Shown here piece after piece: positions 57,135-64,000 of a stretch of 64,000 nt of DNA. Position numbers and translations under genes: made by a program. Below the pieces are notes generated by a model that saw only the letters and a list, made by a program, of their open reading frames with translations, did no database searches and was not told the DNA's origin. Source of the stretch: an uncultured Nitrososphaeraceae archaeon (lineage in GTDB: Archaea > Thermoproteota > Nitrososphaeria > Nitrososphaerales > Nitrososphaeraceae). Within the stretch, counting starts at the first letter, position 1, and every line of letters begins with the position of its first letter. The stretch spans positions 19,789 through 83,788 of the forward strand of contig CAVXZB010000059.1 of the NCBI GenBank assembly GCA_963765895.1, given 5' to 3'.

Positions 57135-57816
57135 TCATTTAGTCATTGTTATCATTCTCGCTGTTTTGAAGACATCAATCCACATATTCCATGTTAGCTT
57201 TCCTGTACTAGTATTTCGTCTACTTGGATGATAAGAAGCCAGCAAAATCTTTTGGCCTTTTACACTGTAGTATGCACCATGGCTAAATGTCAACCACTTA
57301 ATTTTAAATAGTTTACAATATGCATCAAAGGCAAACTTTCCAAGGGTCAGAATAACTTTTGTAGTATCTTCTAATGCTCTCATTTCTGCCAAGAGGTATT
57401 GTGAACAGTTCAATTCTTCAAGTGAAGTGGTTTATTTTGCGGAGGAGCACATTTTACAGCGGCAGTCATATATGCCCCATTTAGTACAAGTGCATCATTC
57501 TTATGCAGACTAGTTGACTTGTTTGCAAAGCCTGTTTCGAACAAGGCTCTCGCTACCCAATCTCCAGAGCTGTCTCCTGTAAATATCCTACCAGTTCTGT
57601 TCCCACCGTGAGCGGCAGGTGCCAATCCAATTATAAACAACCGTGCTTTAGGATCTCCAAAACCAGGAAGAGGCTTGCCCAATAGTCTTGAGCTATAAAT
57701 CTTCTTACTTTGGTCTTTCCTACTTGATTAATATATGAATGTAAACGTGGACGCAAACTACAACAAATTACTTTTTCGCTTATCTCCTTTAATTCGAGAT
57801 CAACCATATCTATCAC
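57135..57816 (-). CDS. udgB: uracil-DNA glycosylase family 5 (UdgB-like), two frameshifts
   Basis: GLAPAAHGGNRTGRIFTGDSSG, AVKCAPPQNKP, LLASYHPS. Confidence 0.88.
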
Positions 57817-58015
57817 TCAAGTTTAGATCTTTGTTATTATGTCGTGTATTATTAATGAAATTGAAGTGATATAAATACATGCAAGTAGATAAAGGGGTTC
57901 CTAGAAAACAATTTTTTATTTGACTCGATATTGCTTAAACATGGGGATATGAAGAATGTCGTGTCAAAATACTTTTTATACATAATAGAACTATTTACCT
58001 CAGGCGTATTTACTA

Positions 58016-58375
58016 TTGATAAGGGTTCAAAGAATATACAATAATCCTAAAGGAAATAATAACAATGGTTTTAGAATTTTAGTAGATAGGCTGTGGCCTC
58101 GTGGTTTAAGCAAAGATGGGATAAAAATAGACCTATGGCAAAAAGATATAGCGCCAAGTACTTCTTTAAGGAAATGGTTTAGCCATGATGAGAAGAAATG
58201 GAATGAATTTAAACATCGATATTTTAAAGAATTAGATAATAATAGCGATTCAATTAATATTATACTTGACAAAACAAAGGATGGATCAATAACGCTACTT
58301 TATAGTGCTAAGGACGAGAGATTTAACAATGCAATAGTATTGAAGGAATATCTTGAAATGAAAATTAAAGAATAA
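58016..58375 (+). CDS. DUF488 (YeaO-like) protein
   Basis: RILVDRLWPRGLSK, IAPSTSLRKWF, ITLLYSAKD. Confidence 0.92.
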   Translation: MIRVQRIYNNPKGNNNNGFRILVDRLWPRGLSKDGIKIDLWQKDIAPSTSLRKWFSHDEKKWNEFKHRYFKELDNNSDSINIILDKTKDGSITLLYSAKDERFNNAIVLKEYLEMKIKE

Positions 58376-58649
58376 ACAGAAAAAAGATCGTATTCTACAT
58401 TCCTATGTTGTTATAGTTTCTAAATTTCTAGTTCCACATCTTGTTGTCATCTTGCAATTATTTATGTATGTTTATTCAGAATAATTAGTACAACTAAGGT
58501 CTGATACCAGTTTTTACAAATTTTTAAAAGGAGTCTTGTCAGCGGTAAAAGACCCCATAGTATGAAGAGCAAATTAAAAGGGCACAACTCAAGCGATACG
58601 ACCTATACCAAAAAATTATAGAGGAATACATTTACAGAGGCAATCATTT

Positions 58650-58925
58650 AGTAGCTTTGAATCTGTTGGTGCGAATGGAAGGTTGGTGACATTTGGAGGA
58701 CTAACGGGTGCAGATGTTAAGTTAAACGTTCAATCATTATATTCAAGACAAGTCAAGTTGATAGGATCTACTGGCGGAACTAGAAGTGATTTCAGGGAAA
58801 TCATAGATATGTCTGAAGAACTGAAGATCAGAGTATGGAAAAAGTTCAGGCTAGATGAAACAAAAGAGGCATTGCAGGCATTGTTTGCTAAAGAAAGAGA
58901 TGGTAGAATTATGTTAGAAATCTGA
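58650..58925 (+). pseudogene. Zn-binding dehydrogenase C-terminal fragment
   Basis: GRLVTFGGLTG..LIGSTGG..RDGRIML; N-terminus absent. Confidence 0.7.
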
Positions 58926-59074
58926 AACTAGTAAACTTTCGTATGTATAAACCGAAGTTGTTAGATGCATAGTGACATAGATTTCTACTGTTACTGCTTG
59001 ACTACTTCATTCCTAAACTCTATTTTAGAAGTCTGATAGACTAGTTTGTTTTGTGTTACTGTGTTACTAGATAC

Positions 59075-59329
59075 TCATTCTTCGGTTTGAGGCACTTTAA
59101 TGTCATTCCATGTCACTTCGGACAAATCCAACATTTTCCTAAAAGTATTAGCAGTTCCAGGACCAAAGCCAGCATAATGATTGTTTGCTGAAACAATTGC
59201 TAGGTTTAGTCTATCCCTTTGTTCCTCATCTCTGGCCCTCTTCAGAAATCTAGCCCATTTTTTCATTTCCGAGATCCTATCTTCTTGTATCTTGCCAAAA
59301 ATCTTTTTCTTGTATTGTCCTATCTCCAA
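59075..59329 (-). pseudogene. DUF72 family C-terminal fragment
   Basis: KIQEDRISEMKKW..ANNHYAGFGPGTAN. Confidence 0.7.
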
Positions 59330-60215
59330 TGAATCTAATATACAGAAAATCTGTTGTAACTATTGGAGGTGTTCTTATATCTGCTAGTTGACTCCATACT
59401 ATGCACATATTGTTACTTGCAAAAAAAACAATATGCCAAATCCTGAAACCATGAACTGTTTCTAACTACCTTTAGACACTATCGAGCTCAAAAATTTAGT
59501 TAGTCAATAAGAGCTACCCACTGTTCACTAGAGAGCCTCATTAAATTTTGCAACTTTGCCGGTGCTCGGATCCACGATTACGTCAAAGAATTGATTATTG
59601 TTTCTCACTATATCTCATACACTGATTTCCCGTATTCTAAGTTTCGTGTTACAGATTGAATATCTGTCGAGCCACCGTGAGCAATAAGCTGAGTGCCACT
59701 AGGGCTGATGTCGACACTCCAATTATTAATAACATATATAATTTATTCATTTGATAGGATCCTCACTGGCAGAGGTATCAGATTTGCATATTTAATGATT
59801 ATGAATAGCTTTTATCAACAATCTCCTCATCAAATAACATATATCTTCATATTTAGATAGACATACCACAAATAATAAAAATAATAACTGTTACTAACAC
59901 TTTTCCTCGACTATAATTTGTGAGATGAGCAGTTATCTGAGGAGGATAGTAGCTTTTGCAATCTTGAAAAAATATTTAATATTTAGAGTTTGTGCAAAAA
60001 ACAAAGATGACCAAAATATCATATATGAAGACATAGCGAATCCCAGATGCTGAGTTGCCTATAATACCGTATCAATTTCTGATAGGTCGGCAATTAATTA
60101 ATAAATGGTTCGCAGTTACTCTTTCATGATCTTTATTATCTTATTATTAATATATTCTGTGGAATGATTCAAAATTTAAAATCAATTGAAAATTATAGTG
60201 AAAATCGCTACAGAA

Positions 60216-60920
60216 TTAACAGCTATTGCATTCTTTGAGATTATAATCTTGGTTTGTTATACAATTACCGGTGCAGTATATTACGGCCCTGGTCCTACGC
60301 CTCTGCCTTTCAACTGTTACTACAGTATTATATATTGCAGTAATATTATGATTAGGGTAATAAAAGTAAACATATAGAAGATAATATCCTGGACTTGCTG
60401 TGTGTGGTATGACAAAGGTTCCGGAATTGCCTGTATAACTTCCTATCGTGATTGGTTTCCCAAGCGAGATATCATTTTTAGGATCAACCTCTTCAACACG
60501 CATATTACTTGGAGGAAAAGAAGAAGTTATTGGAATCAATTTCATAGTCGCTGACGTGTACATTATGTCTGAGTCAGCACTTGAATTTATGTTAAAATTC
60601 TCTCCGGGCATAAGTGTTAAAATGGGAGTAGATAGACCATAATCAGGATTAGATATCGCAAGATTCTGTTGATTAATTGTTCTTAGGAGTATAAATTCTT
60701 CATCCAGCGATGAATTCTTATGATTGGTAGATACTCGACTTACGCCATCTGGAAGGCCGAGAATGTTATTGGGACCGAGCCGCTGTTGCCTGGATACATT
60801 AGTATTGTCTTGAATCAGTTGAGCATGTAAGAACCTGTCTTTTAAAAGAAGTAAGCTTGATCCCACAACTAAGAGTAATATTATACAGAATGGCATAGAT
60901 ATGATGAATTCTCTTTTCAT
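60216..60920 (-). CDS. secreted hypothetical protein (Ig-like beta-rich C-terminus possible)
   Basis: Signal peptide; GTFVIP..PGYYLLYV. Confidence 0.6.
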   Translation of the reverse strand: MKREFIISMPFCIILLLVVGSSLLLLKDRFLHAQLIQDNTNVSRQQRLGPNNILGLPDGVSRVSTNHKNSSLDEEFILLRTINQQNLAISNPDYGLSTPILTLMPGENFNINSSADSDIMYTSATMKLIPITSSFPPSNMRVEEVDPKNDISLGKPITIGSYTGNSGTFVIPHTASPGYYLLYVYFYYPNHNITAIYNTVVTVERQRRRTRAVIYCTGNCITNQDYNLKECNSC

Positions 60921-61099
60921 AGGAAATAGTCGAATCTACTAGTGATATTAATATGACCTAACAACGTTAGGTCGAACTTTTAACCGGTACTAGTGGAGCC
61001 TTTTTTCAGCATCTTGACAATAAAACTATGACACTACAGTTAGATTTCTTAGCCAAAAATATTAGAGGTATATACAATAGGAACGAAAACCATGAATCT

Positions 61100-62641
61100 A
61101 AATTATTTGCCAGTAGAGCCGCTTACACATTGATATGTCTGATAAGATATCACACCAGCCCGTATCGACCCAGTTGGAAGAGATCTGATTGGCAGGTTAT
61201 TGATACTATTTTTGTCAGTGTAATTATTCTTGAAAGACGGGGCAGAATGTGTGAGTATTACCACCAATAAAACCGAAGATATAGATATTGCCAAACGCAG
61301 GCTGGTTACTGACGGCCATATCGTCCGCATACTGATCTGGCGAATAATACCGATCTTCGTTTTCCTTAATCTCATCATAGTAGTCAGTTTATTGATATTC
61401 AAGGTTCAAACATGTTATCTGTGAAGGTCTGCAATTCAGTTCGTCGTCATTAATCCTCTCTTACCCTGTACTCCAAGCAGGTCTGTTGCACAAGCCCGCA
61501 AAACGAGTTCGTCGTCGTCAGGATACCGCTTCCACATATGCGTACCGACATAGCTCATCTCACATACTCCTTTCTCCTCAAACGGACCCCAAATTCTTGC
61601 GCACATCTCACATGCCACTAGAACGGTAGGTCTGATCCTCCCCATGCTAGGCCTCATCCTTACCTCTAATGTGTGAATAGTAAGTCTTCACTCTGCCAAC
61701 ACATCTCTCGATATGTCACAGTTCCGAGGGTTATCATACAAATACTGCACATAGCAAAGCTTTCGCCTACTGGTCTGTCACAGTCTGTACATCTCCATTA
61801 TTTGCTATCCTCATCCTCTCTATTTAGTCTCGTTTCCTCTAGACTAACCTTCTGCATTCTCTCGTATAGTAGCTAACCGTGCCGTATCTTGTCCAAAAAC
61901 CTTCGGTTGACGGTATGGAATACCCCACTGTTTGCGCTTAAAAATCTCGTTCTCCAGCGCTGTCAGTATCCAGTCTCGTCTTCCTCAGAGAAAGTGAAAG
62001 AAAGCTGAGTCGTGGCAGTTCTTGTGATGATGATGGTGATGACATAGCAGTACCTACTGGCCCCCCTCTAACGGCTCTTCCAGCTCTGTTGTCCTTGCTC
62101 TTTTTTGCGATGAAATTTCTCGGAGTGTACCAGTAGCGCTTTCGCGTCGTGGTCGATTGGTCTACCACATTCGACACACCTTGTTTTTCTCATTATCGCT
62201 TGGTGCCGCCCTCCTTTCTCTTTATCTTCAACTTATCATATCACTTCTGCAACTTTTTCGTTCCTTGTTTGAAAGACTTACTCAGGCTGTATGAGGCCGA
62301 CTCAGTACGCTTAAAAATCTCATTGTCTAAAGCTATCAATAACCAGTCTCGTTCTCTCTCTGTAACGGTAAAAGAATATGTACTGAACATCAGCAGCTAT
62401 TCACCCTTCCCCTTTTGTTCTTGCTCTTGCCTTTGCTGCTGCGCTTTTCAAGCTCTTCAGAGTACAAGTCTGCGGCCCTGGAGTGAACCCACCCTAACAG
62501 CTTATCTATTATCTTTTTGAGATCTCCGATCTCTTTTTCCAGTGTCATTATAGTCGTAGATAACCTCCCCATTTTTCCTCTACTCCAGTAGATACATGGT
62601 ATGGACCAAATATTATACACTAGGCTTACAGTGTCATTCAA
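61100..62641 (-). mobile_element. decayed virus/plasmid-like cluster of tightly packed small ORFs
   Basis: Overlapping stop/start junctions, Zn-finger microproteins, two paralogous small genes, visibly higher GC than the flanks. Confidence 0.5.
62068..62193 (-). CDS. 41-aa C2H2-like Zn microprotein
   Basis: MRKTRCVECGRPIDHDAKALLVHSEKFHRKKEQGQQSWKSR*. Confidence 0.6.
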   Translation of the reverse strand: MRKTRCVECGRPIDHDAKALLVHSEKFHRKKEQGQQSWKSR

Positions 62642-62909
62642 TGTAATTCAGTGTAGTTTATTGTTGTCTATCTGCCATGCCTCCCTTCCATCCACCAAAT
62701 CATTGTCAAGCCAGTAGCTAAGGCACGCCTGTCTAAACGAGATGATTTTCTAACAAATAATCCAAAGTATATTGTCGATATCTCTACAATCATGATAAAA
62801 TAAGACTCTGAACTGGAGCAAAATCTAGTAGGTTAGAAAAAAAATAAAAATGATGAATCGCAAGATTATTTGTCTCGAATCTGCGACCTATCTATTTAAT
62901 TAATTTAGG

Positions 62910-63431
62910 TTATTTTATTTCAACCTTAATAGTTTCTTCGGTGTGTTTAGTGGGCGTAGTTTTTGGAAGATCCACGAGTAATATACCATTGTTCATTTTA
63001 GCAGTAACCTTTGAAGGAACTATTTCTGTTGGGATAGGAATTCTTCGACTAAACGATCTATATGATCGCTCGTTATACACATAATTCTTGCCTTTATCTT
63101 CAGTCTTCTCGGATTGTTCCCCAGTGATTTGAAGAGAATTCTTTGTTGTCTTAACATTTACTTTTTCCTTTTCAATCCCTGGCACTTCTAGTTGAATTTC
63201 ATATTTATCTCCCTTTGTCTACCATATCACATAAAGGCACACGCTCATCTCCCAGGTATTTCTAGTCCAATCGGAATGCGCCAGTCCATTTAAGGAATAA
63301 GGTAATAGTGGAGAAAACATGCTTTCCATTTCTCTCCTAAAGTTCTCGAATATATCGTCCATCTTTGGCTTCGTTATTAGAGCCCGACTTCTTTCTGTTT
63401 TGATACTACCTGGTTTTTCAGACATTGACAA
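62910..63431 (-). CDS. hsp20: Hsp20/alpha-crystallin small heat-shock protein (frameshift ~63245)
   Basis: DMVDKGDKYEIQLEVPGIEKEKV..ERSYRSFSRRIPIP..AKMNNGILLVDLPK. Confidence 0.9.
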
Positions 63432-64000
63432 ATTTGATATAATCTATGAATCGTTCCTATTTGAGGAGTGTGATTGCATTGCCCTGCAATGACATTCTAC
63501 ATAGGTTTAATCTTGTTTAATCTTTAAAGAATTCCAGCCAATAAACTTAGGCATATTGGTCAGAAATAGAGATCCAAACGAATTTTCAACTGCTCTTGAA
63601 ATGGTTTGAACTATGGTCATAATGCTTGATATTCGGATCGATTAAGCATTAATCGGATGATACGATGACCAGTACATTAAATTTAGGATTGTAATGCATG
63701 ACCAGTATATAATATCACATCTATATCGTGGTCTAATCTGCAATATATTAAAATTTTTGACTATCAAAATCAATAAAGAATTAGAATGGGAAATGTATTC
63801 AAATGCGCTCAAAATATGAAGATAGTAGATAGGATTCATCGCAAAGCTACAGCAAGTTTAAGGGGCTTTTGCCATTTTCCTACCATGAAATAAAATCATC
63901 TGCAAAGGAGCCTGAGCTAGCTGATATAACCAGTGTTAGATGATTTATGAGGCATACTTGACTGTTGATATTCCAAACTCTCTCTAGACATTTATTGTTG

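Noticed and set aside
59750-59764. TTGATAGGATCC resembling the start of element X
   Set aside because: Similarity does not extend beyond ~11 bp.

Overview
AT-rich archaeal DNA. The TFB paralog, MCM, F420-type LLM enzymes, DUF2795/C2H2 proteins, cupredoxins and patatins point to Nitrososphaeraceae-like ammonia-oxidising Thaumarchaeota (inference from gene content). Single-base frameshifts are pervasive (long-read indels and/or decay). Region ~1-22.45 kb looks like an integrated, layered mobile island. It has an MCM helicase gene near the left, a tyrosine integrase with a candidate core-type inverted repeat at the right, and cargo in between: two patatins, two paralogous secreted proteins, an LLM oxidoreductase, a DHFR-like protein and an alpha/beta hydrolase. 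The most unusual signals are non-coding. First, there are five arrays of 9-bp-period iteron-like repeats: TCTGAC triplets inside the MCM 3' end, the same motif inverted on both sides of patatin 1, and CCCTGAC and GGGAAC variants around patatin 2. Second, a ~320-bp non-coding element occurs as four whole or partial copies; three carry a TATCTATAGATA palindrome or a one-mismatch variant. Region 22.5-64 kb is accessory chromosome: a DUF2795/C2H2/TFB cluster, redox and stress genes, a GH38 mannosidase, a P1B-ATPase truncated by one of two near-identical IS5-like elements, many gene relics, and a small virus/plasmid-like relic at 61.1-62.6 kb. No rRNA, tRNA or CRISPR array was recognised.
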